From assembly GCF_009914755.1 (NCBI RefSeq), contig NC_060930.1: DNA of 64,000 nt; one strand, 5' to 3'. Below, piece by piece: positions 12,271-25,350 of the stretch. The position numbers and the translations under genes are program-made. Under the pieces are notes generated by a model. The model saw nothing but the letters and a program-made list of their open reading frames with translations, ran no database searches and was not told the DNA's origin. Source of the DNA: the human T2T-CHM13v2.0 reference genome, Homo sapiens. Position 1 is the stretch's first letter. Every line of letters starts with the position of its first letter.

Positions 12271-12983
12271 TTATGGTTTCTTCACTTATAGAGTATATTT
12301 TAGAATGTGCTACATCCTTAAGAAATGGCCATTTTGGATACATTTCTAGAATTTTTGGGTTGAGTGGTATCTGTTTTTAAAGCTTTACATAGATATCGCT
12401 GGATTCCCCTCCAGAAAGGTGCTGCTCAATTTACACTCTTACCAGCAGTTTATAAGACAAGGTCATTCTCTTACTACCACTCTCCAAAACCACAATATTT
12501 TTACATGTCTCAACTAGTTTCATGGGAAAAGTAAGATCTTAACTTTAATTGGGATTTCTTCAATCTGGTGGCATTGAGCCTGCTTTCCTATCGAGGCCAT
12601 TTGTTTTTCTCTGGTGAGAGTTCCTCCCTAGATGTCAGAGGGCAGCGAGCAGGGGGGCTGCTGGGCGCAGACTGTACCTGCCTGGTGCCCTGTGAGCGTG
12701 CATGGCCCCTGGCAGCCCTGATGTAGACCGGGCGCCTCAGATGGTGACTCAGAGCAAGAAATGCGGACGTGCAGGATGGGCCGGGAGCAAGGGCTATGCT
12801 GGGCACTCCTGCCGGCCACGGGCCTCGGGGCTGGAAGCAGGCATTGGGCTCTAAGGATTAGGAAAATTATTTTTTGAGAAGTTGGGACTTAAGGATGTTG
12901 ATTAGGTGAAACATCTTTTTCCTGATGAAGGTGGAAAATACCAACATATCCTCACATTTTAATTTACTTTTATCTGTTTTTAG

Positions 12984-13097
12984 TATCAGACTACTGTCCC
13001 CTGTGCTCAGCCTGATACTGTTACTCATTGCGCTGGAGTTGGTCAACATTCATGCTGTTTGTGGGAAGAATGCGCATGAGTATCAGCAGTACCTAAA
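12984..13097 (+). CDS. ERMARD: ERMARD coding exon (~exon 17, 114 nt): [37 protein letters not shown](K); hydrophobic, TM-like helix
   Basis: ctgtttttag acceptor; AAA|gtaagt donor; phase 2-2. Confidence 0.95.
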
Positions 13098-13281
13098 GTA
13101 AGTGTGTCACAGTATGTCTGCAGTCACATTGCATCGTGGGGCAGATTGCGGGTGAGCCTGTAGGAGTGAGATTGGGGCAGTGTGAGTGACACTATCCCCT
13201 TGGTGGCCCCACTGCCATCTCAGGCAAGGGTCTGACATCTGGCCTGCAAGAACTCCCACATCCAAATGTCTCAAAACCATG

Positions 13282-13573
13282 TTTTTTTTGTTTTGTTTTG
13301 TTTTGTTTTTTTTGGAGACAGAGTCTTGTTCTGTTGCCCATGCTGGAGTGCAGTGGCATAATCACAGCTCACTGCAGCATCGACCTCCCAGGCTCAGGTG
13401 ATCCGCCACCTCAGCCTCCTGAGTAGCTGGGACCACAGCCATGCCACCATACCTGGCTAATTTTTAAATGTTTTTGTAGAGATGAGGTCTCACTATGTTG
13501 CCCTTCAGTGATCATCCCACCTTGGCCTCCCAAAGTGCTGGGATTACAGGTGTAAAAGCCACTGTGCCTGGCC
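13282..13573 (-). mobile_element. Alu (AluJ-like) with internal deletion
   Basis: (gtttt)n tail, cacagctcactgcagc AluJ features, ends gtgcctggcc. Confidence 0.9.
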
Positions 13574-13961
13574 AAAAACCCAATTCGTGTATGTAACAAA
13601 TTGTTTCCAATTCGGGAAGTCCACTTTTAGGACCATCCCGATCTAGGAGTCTGAAGTAGTGTGACACTTGTGTGACCCACTTTACATCCAGAGATTCCAA
13701 ACCAAGGAGGCTTCCGGGCAGAGGTCAAACAAGCTGTCAATCTGGGCTTGAGTGTAGCTCCAGCTCCAGTCTCCCTCGGCTGCTAGGAAGTTCTGGATAT
13801 CTTGTTGGTTTTAAGCCAGTGCTTTGCAGGTGCCAGGCACCTCAGTACATGTTTAAATGAACGTGAAAATACAACTGGGGTGTCTTATGGAAAGAAGCAT
13901 AGACTCCTGCTGAGAGTGAGGGGAGCAAACATGCAGACTGTTAGCAGCTGAGGACTCCGGC

Positions 13962-14163
13962 TCAGTGTGCCCCATGCTTGGCACTGCTGGCATTGTGGGC
14001 TGGTGCAAGACTGCCCTGCTCATTGTAGGACGCTCAGTAGCAGCCCTGCCTCTACCCACAAAATACCAATGGCACCCCTACCCTCCGTTTGACAGTCAAA
14101 AGTGCCCTAGACATTGCCAGATATCCCCTGGGGGACAAAATCACCCCAGTAGAGAGCCCTCCT
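13962..14163 (-). mobile_element. MER20 (hAT-Charlie)
   Basis: cattgtagg...ctctaccca...agacattgccagatatcccctgggggacaaaatcacccc. Confidence 0.75.
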
Positions 14164-14501
14164 CTAGACAAAGTGTCTGTGGCTTTTCATTATATTATCC
14201 TTTTAGCTTCTCTTTAAGTTTGAATATTTTCAAGATAAAATGCTGGTGAAAACTACCTGGCAAATGTGGAAAAAGTAAAGATGACATTTATTGTCATCAG
14301 TCAGAGTGACCCCACTGTTAACATTTTGAGAAATATCTTAAGTAAAATCTCTTTAACAGCAACAGCTGTCTCAGTGGCACACATCTTCTCTGAGCCGGCC
14401 CCTCCATCACGGGGGATGGAAGCTGGATGTGTGAGGAGGGGGAGGGCACGCTGCCCACCAGGCTCCTGACGGGGCTAAAAGGACTGGCCTGCTTGTCATT
14501 G

Positions 14502-14770
14502 CAGCCGAACCTTGAACGATGCAGGTTTGCACTGCACAGGTCCACTTGTCCAGGGAGCTTTTTCAGTAAATATAGTTGGTCCTCTGTATCAGCAGGCTCT
14601 GCGTCTCTTGCAAACACAGATTGAAATTACAGTGCTCTTGGTTGCAGACATCAATGTGGGAAAAAAAAACAAAACACAAAAATCTCATTGCGAAACCCAC
14701 ATGTTCAGGGGGCCAATTTTTCACGCTTGACTTGAGTGTGCTTGGATTTTGGTATCCACTAGATGACTGT
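14502..14770 (+). mobile_element. TcMar-Tigger MITE (Tigger2/MER2-like)
   Basis: ccttgaacgatgcaggtttgcactgcacaggtccactt start; ggattttggtatcc...gatgactgta end. Confidence 0.6.
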
Positions 14771-15132
14771 ATATTGTGTGTTTATTTTGTGCTGTGTGTT
14801 TATTATATTATGTGTCAGTTTGATGCAGATGACCCCTAAGTTCCTTCCTGGAATGACGGCCGTCATGTCTGGGCTGGAGAAGAATGTTTGAAAAGGTGCT
14901 TGCGTTGGAGCCTGTCCAAGTGTCCAGTAGCATTTACATTTCAGCATTTTTGTCTTTCTTCTAATTTGTATTCTCTTATTTTTTATTTATACGGATTTAT
15001 TTTTCTTGAATCCTCAGACATAAATTAACTGCAGTTTACTTTAGGAATAATTCCAAGAATGAAGTGAAGACATTTAATTCATTGTTTCATTTTATAATGG
15101 AATGGATAAAGAAATTAATTTTTTTTTTACAG

Positions 15133-15316
15133 GTTTGTAAAGTCGATCTTGCAGTACACGGAGAACCTGGTGGCTTACACCAGTTACGAAAAGAACAAGT
15201 GGAATGAAACTATCAATCTTACACATACAGCTTTGTTGAAAATGTGGACTTTTAGTGAGAAGAAACAAATGTTAATACATTTAGCCAAGAAATCCACAAG
15301 TAAAGTACTCTTATGA
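15133..15316 (+). CDS. ERMARD: ERMARD last coding exon: [60 protein letters not shown]
   Basis: poly-T + acag acceptor; open frame to TGA at 15314-15316. Confidence 0.95.
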
Positions 15317-15368
15317 AAACTTGTAAGTCAGGATGCTTTTAATTTTAACAGATTTTAACAGCGTGTAA

Positions 15369-15374
15369 ATTAAA
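15369..15374 (+). terminator. Probable ERMARD polyadenylation signal ATTAAA (very short 3' UTR)
   Basis: ATTAAA 52 nt after the stop, followed by GU/U-rich sequence. Confidence 0.7.
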
Positions 15375-15432
15375 AACCCAAAGACAGGGTGGAGTTGAGG
15401 GTCTGCTTGGCCAGGGTCCAGGTTCTGTTTCT

Positions 15433-16562
15433 CTGCAGTCATCTGATGTACCCTTTCCGAGTGGTTGGTGTGAGTCTCACTCTGCAGTCTTCTGATTTGC
15501 CCTTTCCGAGTGGTCGATGTAAGTCTCAGTCTGCAGTCTTCTGATTTGCCCTTTCCAAGTGGTCGGTGTGAGTCTCAGTCTGCAGTCTTCTGATGTACCC
15601 TTTCCGAGTGGTCGGTGTGAGTCTCACTCTGCAGTCTTCTGATTTGCCCTTTCCGAGTGGTCGGTGTGAGTCTCAGTCTGCAGTCTTCTGATGTACCCTT
15701 TCCGAGTGGTCGGTGTGAGTCTCACTCTGCAGTCTTCTGATTTGCCCTTTCCGAGTGGTCGGTGTGAGTCTCAGTCTGCAGTCTTCTGATGTACCCTCTC
15801 CGAGTGGTCGGTGTGAGTCTCAGTCTGCAGTCTTCGGATGTACCCTCTCCGAGTGGTCGGTGTGAGTCTCAGTCTGCAGTCTTCGGATGTACCCTTTCCG
15901 AGTGGTCGGTGTGAGTCTCAGTCTGCAGTCTTCGGATGTACCCTCTCCGAGTGGTCGGTGTGAGTCTCAGTCTGCAGTCTTCGGATGTACCCTTTCCGAG
16001 TGGTCGGTGTGAGTCTCAGTCTGCAGTCTTCTGATGTACCCTCTCCGAGTGGTCGGTCTGAGTCTCAGTCTGCAGTCTTCTGATGTACCCTCTCCGAGTG
16101 GTCGGTCTGAGTCTCAGTCTGCAGTCTTCTGATGTACCCTTTCCGAGTGGTCGGTGTGAGTCTCAGTCTGCAGTCTTCGGATGTACCCTTTCCGAGTGGT
16201 CGGTGTGAGTCTCACTCTGCAGTCTTCTGATTTGCCCTTTCCGAGTGGTCGGTGTGAGTCTCAGTCTGCAGTCTTCTGATGTACCCTTTCCGAGTGGTCG
16301 GTGTGAGTCTCACCCTGCAGTCTTCTGGTTTACCCTTTCCGAGTGGTCGGTGTGAGTCTCAGTCTGCAGTCTTCTGATGTACCCTTTCCGAGTGGTCGGT
16401 GTGAGTCTCAGTCTGCAGTCTTCTGATGTACCCTTGCTGAGTGGTCAGTGTGAGTCTCACTCTGCAGTCTTCTGGTTTACCCTTTCCAAGTGGTCGGTGT
16501 GAGTCTCACTCTGCAGTCTTCTGGTTTGCCCTTTCCGAGTGGTCGGTGTGAGTCTCAGTCTG
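15433..16562. repeat. VNTR, 49-bp unit x23 (ctgcagtcttctgatgtaccctttccgagtggtcggtgtgagtctcagt)
   Basis: ctgcag at 15433, 15482, 15531 ... 16511, an exact 49-bp period. Confidence 0.97.
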
Positions 16563-19500
16563 GCTTCCTTTGTGGTGACCAAGTGCTGTTGTAGTTTTTG
16601 GTTCCATCTCCCCGTAACACACCGTCCAGAGGAAGAAGGGAGAGCTGCTGTCACTCAGAAACGCGTGGCTCCTTGGTTACTGGCCACATGCCTACCCTTG
16701 AGAACGATTGCTGTGGCCGGGACCCTACCCTGCATTCACCGGCCTTGGGAGATGTTGACTCCTGGACCAGCCATCAGGGCAGGGAGGGTGAGGCCCTGAG
16801 GCTGAGGAGAGGACTGATGCAATTTAAGCTTCCTGGGTCAGTGCTGGAGACCAGCTCCTGAAAGGGGAGGTGGGCAGGCACGGGTGCTGGGCAGCAGCCT
16901 CCTGGTCAGCATTTGGCAAAAAAAGAAGCCCTTCCCTGTTTTTAGATGTGGGGGTTTCAGTGCAGGGTCTGGGAGAGCTGGGGGAAAGGAGATTAGGGAA
17001 GCTGCCATTCATAGGCCCTGCTTGAAGAAGCAAGTGTGTGACTCGAGGGTTCCTGCAGCCGCTGCAGCTCTCGAGGGTGCCTGGGACCCCCACTGTCAGA
17101 GTTGGCAGCTGCAAAGCTGGGGCTTTCCGGAAGCCTCTGGGCGGCCGCCCTGACCTCATGTCTGCTTGGGCATGGGCCACCTCACCCCACCCTCTGTGAA
17201 TCACTGCTTCTCTTTTTCCACCTTCCAAACCTTGACAGGGTGCAGCTGGCAGTCATCTAAGGACTGGCATTCTGTGGCTGCTTCCGCTCAGGAGACCTGG
17301 GGGCCGTGGGTGGCAGCAGAGCTGAGCATGTGCTGTTTGTGCTCTGCCAGCTCAGCTCTGGCCCCTCTTAAACACCACCTCTGGGTAAGCGTGACACTTC
17401 TGGCTAATGTGATGCAACTTTCTCTTGTACAATTGAAGATGGTTCCTCCTCTTCCCAAAAGTGGAGACACAAAGCACAAATCCCATGTGTCAGTATTCCC
17501 ACTCTGGGACTGTTCTTTTATAGCGCGGTCACACCTCTCTCTGATACACTTGCATTTAGATGGTGACGTAGGGTTGACCATCCTGCTAGTGGTGGTGCTG
17601 GGATGGGAAGAGGGAAAGAAAGAACTGACTGGTAGAGTTATCGCGTAGATACTGGTGTGTCTTACCATTGCAATGAGGAGACCGCACAGAGCTGCTGCAT
17701 GCACTGTTTTTGCAACCTGATGATCTGGCAGAAGTTTGTGTTTGAAAATTCCCTTTTTGCCACTGTTCCATGTTCCTTTCCTCTGCCTGTCTGGGTTGTG
17801 GTTTTTCACCCGGTGAGTTAACCCAGACCTCATTCCTGACAGGTCTTTTCCATTACAAATCTTTCTCGTTTTGGGTAACTGTAGGTTTCCACTGACTTAT
17901 CACTGGACTTGGGAATACTAAGAGGTTCCCTAGAGAATCCCCTAAATTTCAGACCCTCCTCCTGGCCCCCCATTCTGTGGTAGGAGCTGTGTTTCCCCAA
18001 GACAGTTGAGAACAGTCATCTGGCCATAGCAGCAAACTCTTCTGGCTCATTGGCACAAGGCATCCAGTGCGGCTGGGTGGCAGCCTCCGCCTGCAGGACA
18101 GTGGGCACCTCGTGTCTCTCTGTGGAAGCATCCAAGGAATGAAGACACCCAAACCAGCAGAGTCCAGAATTGTGAGCGGAGAATCCAAACCTTGCTAGTG
18201 GTGCGGGGGCGTAATTAGAGGAGCCATTCCCGCTCCACATGCGCCTCCACCTGTGTTTTCCGGCCATGGGAGAACCCACACCACATGCTGACCGATGGCT
18301 CGGAGTGCAGGGCACGTCTTGGGCAACCCAGCAGCCCCCGGGGCGCCTTGTCACAGCCAGCACTGCCCGGTGCTTGGGAGGCTCCCCGAGGTAATGTGTG
18401 TGCTGGGATCACGATTACCACGAGCCTCACTGCTGAGCTCTGCTTGAAACGGGTCTCCTGGAAGCAGTTCTGTAAGCAACCTTGCAGCAGATGAGGCTTC
18501 TGTGAGCCAGGTGCGGTGGCCAAGAGGCGTCTGTCCCTCTGAACACATGGCCCGATGTGCTTGGGGGCTGGCTCTTCTTTCCAGGTGAGTTTTTCATGCT
18601 AGGAATTGTGTTGGTCTCTCCCATTAGCAGATTTATACATTTAGCAGTGGACCTTAGCCAGACTAGCCTTGGAGTGAGGATGCCCACGCGGTCGGAGCCA
18701 TTGACAACGTCCTTCACTGCCTCTACGGCCACTTTGTTGATGAGAACGTTGAGCAAGCAAGGCTGGGTGGCTGGAGAGAAAGGCTAACATGCATGAGGCA
18801 GCCATCATGCCACCTGCCTACTGAGAGCATGGGCCCCCTCCCCCGCTGTTCTTTAGGGCCACTCAAATGGGTTAGAACTTTGCCAATTTTCACCTTCAAG
18901 TGGTGTCAGCTGTCAGCATCTTTTACAGCAATCGAGTCTAACTTTTAATTCAGGTGAGTGATCCTAGGGAAGTCCCCGTGAGGCCAGTAGGTGCGTGGTG
19001 AGGGGTGCTGTCCCTGCAGCAGTGTGGGCCTGAAGAGCGTCGGAACCACTTGCTTGTATCTTGTGCTCCAGAACATGCCAAAGCCTAATCTGTGTGTGCG
19101 TGTGCATGTGCATGCATGCTCGTGTGTGTGTGTACACCTATATGCCTATTATATACATCTTGCCTGAATGTAATGATGACATGCTCCCGCTGTTGCCTCC
19201 CCTGGTGACGTGACAGGTCAGAAAACGCAGTCTTTGGTGGTCCGCTTAAGCTCCAGCTAGCTGTCACTAGCTGTGCGATGGTGAAGTGTAGATGTTCGGT
19301 ATCCATCAGGGCCTAGAGGACAAGCTGAGAGCTGGTTCTCAGATTAATAATTATCTGCAGAAGAGGGTGTGGTTTTGTCCCAGAACCCTAGGGGTCTGTG
19401 CTCTGGGCCTGTCTGTGGCTCTGCCATGCATCATGGGATCTAATTGCCACCGTGGCCCGACAGGGAGACCAGCTTTTACATCAACCTGCTCTGGAGGCTT

Positions 19501-20594
19501 TGGTCTTTCTAGGCCTCATGCAGAACTGGCAGTTTGTAGGTTAATTGGAAAGTGAGCAGAGTAGCGTGTGTGAGTCTGGTGGATGTTGGTTGCAGAGCTC
19601 CAGAGAGACTCAGAGTGCCTGCCCCTCTCTAGTGCCAGTGAATGCGAGCACAGCAACCTGTCCTCCCCCTCGCGGAGTGCATCCACACCTTCCTAGATCA
19701 CAGGCCCTGGAAACTTCAGAGCAGCAGCCCTGTGCATTCTTATGAGAGTTACGTCCCACCCCAGGTGGTCATAATGTCACCAAAACAGTGGGGTGTCTTG
19801 TTTCCTGTCCACATCATTAATGTGATGCTCCATGGTGGCATCCTGTGGAATGGCAAGATAGCCGGCAGCCCTGAGCTCTAGGTTGTGTGGAGGAACTGGA
19901 GAGGTAGCACAGCCCTGATGCATGCCCACCAAGGCTGCTGCTGTCCCTGCCAGATGAGAACAAGACAGCTTCTGGACGTGAGTTTGCAGGATACAAAACC
20001 CCAACCCATATCCGTAGGTATAGAGAAAAATCATCTGCCAGATCAGTGGCTGCAGACCAGAGATCCGGGACTATATCTATTTGTTCCAATAAAGAGACCA
20101 CATCTGAAGTAGCAGATGCTCAGGCTCCTGGGCCAGGGCCTTGTGTCCCAGGGAGGCTCTGCTGTCTTGAGTGGCGGCTCTGTTCCCTGCAGGTGCGTGG
20201 GCAGCCATGCTGCTGGGCTGCCTGACCTTCCCTTGGTATTCTTTCCCCTGTTGCCCATCCTGCTTCTGATGAACACTTCCTTGGTCAACTGCAGTATATG
20301 TCCATCCCAGTTACAGTCACATCATAAATGGCTACAATTGGTTGTTTTTCCTTAAACAGTGTTACATATCTCTGTTCACAATTGAATTAACTTAGAGTTT
20401 AACCCTTAAGAGGCAAATGTCTTCTGTTCTCACCTTCCTGAGGGATCCGGCCACATTGACCATCTTGCTAGCAGGGGTCACAGGTGTAACAAGAACGGAT
20501 TTCTGCTGGCTGGTGGTCCACGGTGTAGCATGGCTCGGGGGACCCAAGAACTCGATGGCAAAGCTGCTTCAAATTCTCCTGCATGCTTGCTCTT

Positions 20595-20768
20595 TTCTTT
20601 TTGCCCTTTTTCTTCTTTCTTCCCCTTCCTTCCTCTCCTTCTTCCTCTCCTTCTTTCTCTCCTTCTTCCTCTCCTTCTTTCTCTCCTTCTTCCTCTCTTC
20701 CTCTCCTTCCTCTCTTTCTCTTTCTCTCTCTCTTTTCCTTTCTCTTCCCCTCCCCTCCCCTCCCCTTC
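20595..20768. repeat. CT-rich polypyrimidine tract, expanded tail of an Alu fragment at ~20770-20833
   Basis: Almost pure C/T with ~24-bp periodicity, followed by cacctaggctgaggtgcagtg Alu remnant. Confidence 0.85.
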
Positions 20769-20792
20769 ATCACCTAGGCTGAGGTGCAGTGA

Positions 20793-21183
<391 letters not shown>

Positions 21184-22024
21184 TTTATTTTCTGTCTCTG
21201 CTGGCTGGCTGAATACCGTGAGCAGACCAGAATTACTGGAGGCAAGGGAGAAATGGAAAATTAGCTAAATTTGTGTTCCTTCAAAAGCAATGATGAAAAC
21301 AATTATTTTCAAAGAGCAACAGCAAATGTTGGTCCAAATTCACAAGTGTTCATCTGACAGGCCATATTGGAGAGTAAAGGTAATTGTGCGTGGGCCTTCT
21401 GAGTGCATGGACGTGGAATTTAGCTACAGGATGAATGTTCTCCTGCTTCCGTAAGTTGTTTTGATGAGACATGAAGACATGTTCTGAACAATATTAGAAG
21501 AAAGCATCACCTTGGTACATCTGGCACCTGCCCTGCCCCCGACCTTTTCCTGAGTGAACAGAAGCCATGTCCCTTTTTAAATTAAGTGATGGAACAGCCT
21601 GGCCTGTTCCATGTCCTTGCTGCTGTCTCCCGTGCTCGCTCCTCTGGGGCTCCAAGCATGTGGCTGAGAATCCATTTGGGACATCCGTTCCCCATCCCTG
21701 CCTATCTCTATCATTAAACAAAGTGAAGATAGTCTGATGTGACTGGCTTTCCAAAATCTTACTTGGATTCACTGTAATGTAGACTAAACAAATGGCTTAA
21801 AATTCACTGTTTGCAGAGACCTTATCCTCTGCTCCACTCAGTAGAGACATGACCTGCCCCTCGAAGCTCTGCTCATTCCACTGCCTTCCTGACAGGCATG
21901 TGCGCAGCTTCAGGAAGCTCTCTGAGGTCAGAAACCCTGTCCTTTTACCTGTTTGCACCCCCTCTTTGTGTGTCCTGAATATTTTTACTACCTTAAATGT
22001 GGGTTCTTTTCCCCACAACATTTG

Positions 22025-22650
22025 TTTTAAATAATTTTAAAGCTACAGAAATGTTTCTAGAATAGTCCAATGGATTCCCACATGACAGTTCAACTATCGT
22101 TGGCATTTTGCCACACTTATTTTCCCCTTTTAAGTACACATATATCATTCTTTTGACTGAACCATTTTGAAAGTTAGTCATTGTGATGTGATGTTTTGCC
22201 CCCAAATACTTGAGCATTCATCTATTGAGAACAAAATCATTCCCCTTCAGTTATCAAATGGAGGAAATTTAACAATAACACAGCACCATTATCTAATACA
22301 TGGTCCATATAAAATTTTTCCCAGTGTGTATAATAATATCGTTTATACCTTCATTTATACCTGTTGTTTGTTTTTATCCAAGCACCACAACTGCTTTTAG
22401 TTACTATATCTTTTATTTTTAAAATCTGGAATAGCTCCCTTTTTGTTTTTTTTCTTTCTGTGTCAGAGACATTTTTGAAGTATTTATGTCACCTTTACAG
22501 AATGTTCATCAATTGGCTTTTGTTAGATTGTTTCCTCAAATTTGACAGTTTTAAAGAAACACTGCATCCATGATACTGTCTGAACCAGTGCATCACATCA
22601 AGACACATGATTGACACAATAATGCTGTGTGCCACTCGCTGCATCACAGC
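22025..22650 (-). mobile_element. Old L1MC/ME 3' fragment
   Basis: ttttaaataattttaaagctacagaa, ctgaaccattttgaaagt and cccccaaatactt motifs. Confidence 0.5.
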
Positions 22651-23544
22651 AGGACACATGAGGCACATATGTGCTGCTGTGCATTCCTCAGTGAATATTG
22701 CAGGACGTGTGGGTGGGGCCAGGTGTTGTCAAGGTCCCGGCAGGTCGCTCTGCCCTCTAGACACAATGGCTGGATGGGCGGTGGACACCTGCTCTGCGGA
22801 GCCTGGGCAGCAGCTGAAGATGATGTGGGGAGGGGCTGCTCAGCTGGGGCTGGAAGGTGAGGACAGGGCTGGGCTGGCCGCCTTGTGGAGATAGCAGGAC
22901 TTGTTGAGGGAAAGTCAGGCCAGGGATGCAAACCAAAGCCTGAGGAGAAACTGCAGCGCCGTGCATGGCCTCAGCTCCCTTTCTGAGGCTCCGTTGATGT
23001 GAGTGCTTTCAACAAGCCCTCCAGGGAATCTCTGCTGCTTGCAACCAAAAAGTAGTGACCACTGGAAGAGCCAGCCCCTGCGAGAGGACAGAGGCATGGC
23101 CGCCATCAAGAGGCAGGCAAACCCCAGAGAAGGAGGCCACGGACTTGGCAGTGGACGACCGGTGTGCGATCTCAGTGCCACAGGTTACTGGTTTTGTGGC
23201 AAGATGTGTACCTGCTGACAGCATGGCTTCCTCGTCTGCAGAGTGTGACAGTGACATTCCCTGCCTCATTAGACAGACGTTAGGATACAGTGAGGCGCCG
23301 TGCTCAGCCCCATTCTGGCACGTAGCATCGATAAACACCAGCTCTTACCGGACCGTTCCCTTATGCTGGGAGGAAAGAAACGATTTGGATTTCCTCTGTC
23401 TAGAAGTCCAGCTATCTGCATGTGTGTTCAGAGGACGTTCTCATATCTCAGGAGTGAAACCAAAGCATCCTGTACATCTTTCCCCCACCCCCACTCATAG
23501 CCTCGGATTCTCTGCACAGCTTTAGTAAAGGAGCTGATGGGGAA

Positions 23545-24490
23545 TCGGATGCCTGACCCCGAGTCCTCACTCTGGGGCTCGAGCTTAGGATAACTTCAGG
23601 TTCAGCTGAGGCCTCTGAACTGTGACTCCGCCCCGTGGCCGCATGCGTCGGAACTCCTACCTGCCCTTTGCCCTTCTCGAGGCCGGTGCTTGACTGGAGG
23701 AGGGCTGGCAGCAGAAATGCAGCTGACCGGGTTGCGTTTTCGTACGGCTGACTAAAGCGGATACCGGTGGCGACTCATTTCTCGTTTTATTTTTCAACGA
23801 TTTGGCGGAGAAGCTCCTCTTGTGAATGGACTTTGGATTTCTTGGAGCTGCGCTGCGGGTCCCACAGTGTGGCTTTCGGCCCGTGCTGTGCTGGCGCCTG
23901 CACTTCCTCTGGCGGGGCACGGGGTGGCGCTCCCGGGTAAAGCAGCGGCCAGGGGGAGCCGTGAGTGAGGCGCTGCCTCTCCCGCTGAAGCGGGTTCCAA
24001 GGCCACCGTGAGGGGGACCATCCATCCAGGTAAAACGTGTTCTTTCCTTGTTCCTTTGCGAATCGATGGGGATCAGGCTTCCCCAGGTGGTGAAGTGAGG
24101 AACAGGGACCGCGGGGCTCGCCTGACCAGTGGGGTCTCCATCCTTGTCCGTGCTGACAAAAGACAAGAACAGACATCGCCTGAAATCTTCCCGCCTCCGT
24201 GAGGGAAGCCTGCGTCTGGGAACGCGCCGCAGGGAAGTGATCCCTGAGTGAGGGAGGAGGTGCCGGGGCATCATTAATCAGACCTCAATGCCGGGAAGGT
24301 TCTTTGTTTAAAGAAACACTCATGTTTAAAGAGCACTTGGTGCGGACTTGCTGTGGCCATCGCCCTCAACAGCTCATCTTTAGGAGGTGCAGGCTGAATT
24401 CACGCCTCGGTGTCGTCCATGTCTGCCTGCCGCGCAGAGGAGACAGCGAGAGGCCTTCCCACCGCACGGCTTTTACGGGAAGCTCTTCGC
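23545..24490. promoter_or_regulatory. CpG island / promoter
   Basis: Marked CpG enrichment; GC box ccgcccc at 23628-23634 next to NRF1-like ccgcatgcgt at 23639-23648. Confidence 0.75.
23657..24274 (-). other. LINC00242: 205-aa ATG ORF ([11 protein letters not shown]...), putative LINC00242 product, probably non-coding
   Basis: ORF track; R/P/S-rich as expected for CpG-island sequence, no recognisable domain. Confidence 0.55.
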
Positions 24491-24894
24491 ATTGGCTACA
24501 GGGGTGTGGTTTGGTTTATAGCCACACCAAGTAATTTTAATAGAACTCAATAACTGTGTTGCCTTGCAGGCTCCGAGTGCTACAGGCAGACCCGAGTCCG
24601 AGTCTTCCTACGGTTCATTGTCCCCCTCTGGATTTCCTAGGGACTCCAGATACGATGGCATCGATGTCAGTTAACTTGGCACTTCTTAAAATAGATCTAT
24701 GATCAAATCTTAAGTTTTTCCGAATAAGACGCTGGAGGAATGCAGGAAGGTCATTTGATTACTTTAAAATAAGAGGATTTTATGTTAAAATATTGAAAAA
24801 GCCAGTCATAAAACTAAGCTCTGTACCAATGAATATAGTTCGCGAAGCCAGCAGCACAGGCTTATTATTATAAATATCAAACACCACCATTATG

Positions 24895-25350
24895 AGTAAG
24901 CTCATTTATTTTCAAAGCACTTTGCGATCATTAATTGTTCACGTCTGTGAATACCCCCTGAGAGACAGTATTATTAACTGCATTTGAAAGGAAGAAAACT
25001 AAGGCACAGAAAACCCGTAATTCATTGTCCTGAGGGGAAAAGGAGACACCAGGAACACGGCTGTCCTTTCGCTGCATCTTCTCTTTGGTAGAGATCCAGG
25101 GACATCTGGAACATCCACCCTCTTTCTCCCACTCACGGCCATGCCACCACCTAGTGCCTCACTGACATTTCCTCTCAATCTCAGGATAATCACATCGATG
25201 TAACACTTGGCAGGTTTGTTATCTCAGTGTCTATTATCTCAAAAATTAATCCTAATAGCAACCTTAGAAAGAGGCAATATTAGCCCCATTTCATAGGAAA
25301 ATGAAGGATCAGTGAGAAAGTGACAGGTCTGTCACTGGCAGTGCAGGGCA
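24895..25350 (-). mobile_element. Two MIR fragments (~24895-25035, ~25200-25350)
   Basis: MIR core-like tattatt...catttgaaaggaagaaaactaaggcacaga and tattagccccatttcataggaaaatgaagg. Confidence 0.6.

Noticed and set aside
15287-15316. ER-retrieval dilysine signal at the ERMARD C-terminus
   Set aside because: KKSTSKVLL fits neither KKXX nor KXKXX spacing
15433-16562. CRISPR-like array
   Set aside because: Head-to-tail 49-bp units with no unique spacers, no cas genes and a mammalian context; it is a VNTR
16824-20355. Several 100-180-aa ORFs downstream of ERMARD
   Set aside because: Overlapping on both strands, no recognisable domains, no consistent exon chain; expected by chance in GC-rich DNA
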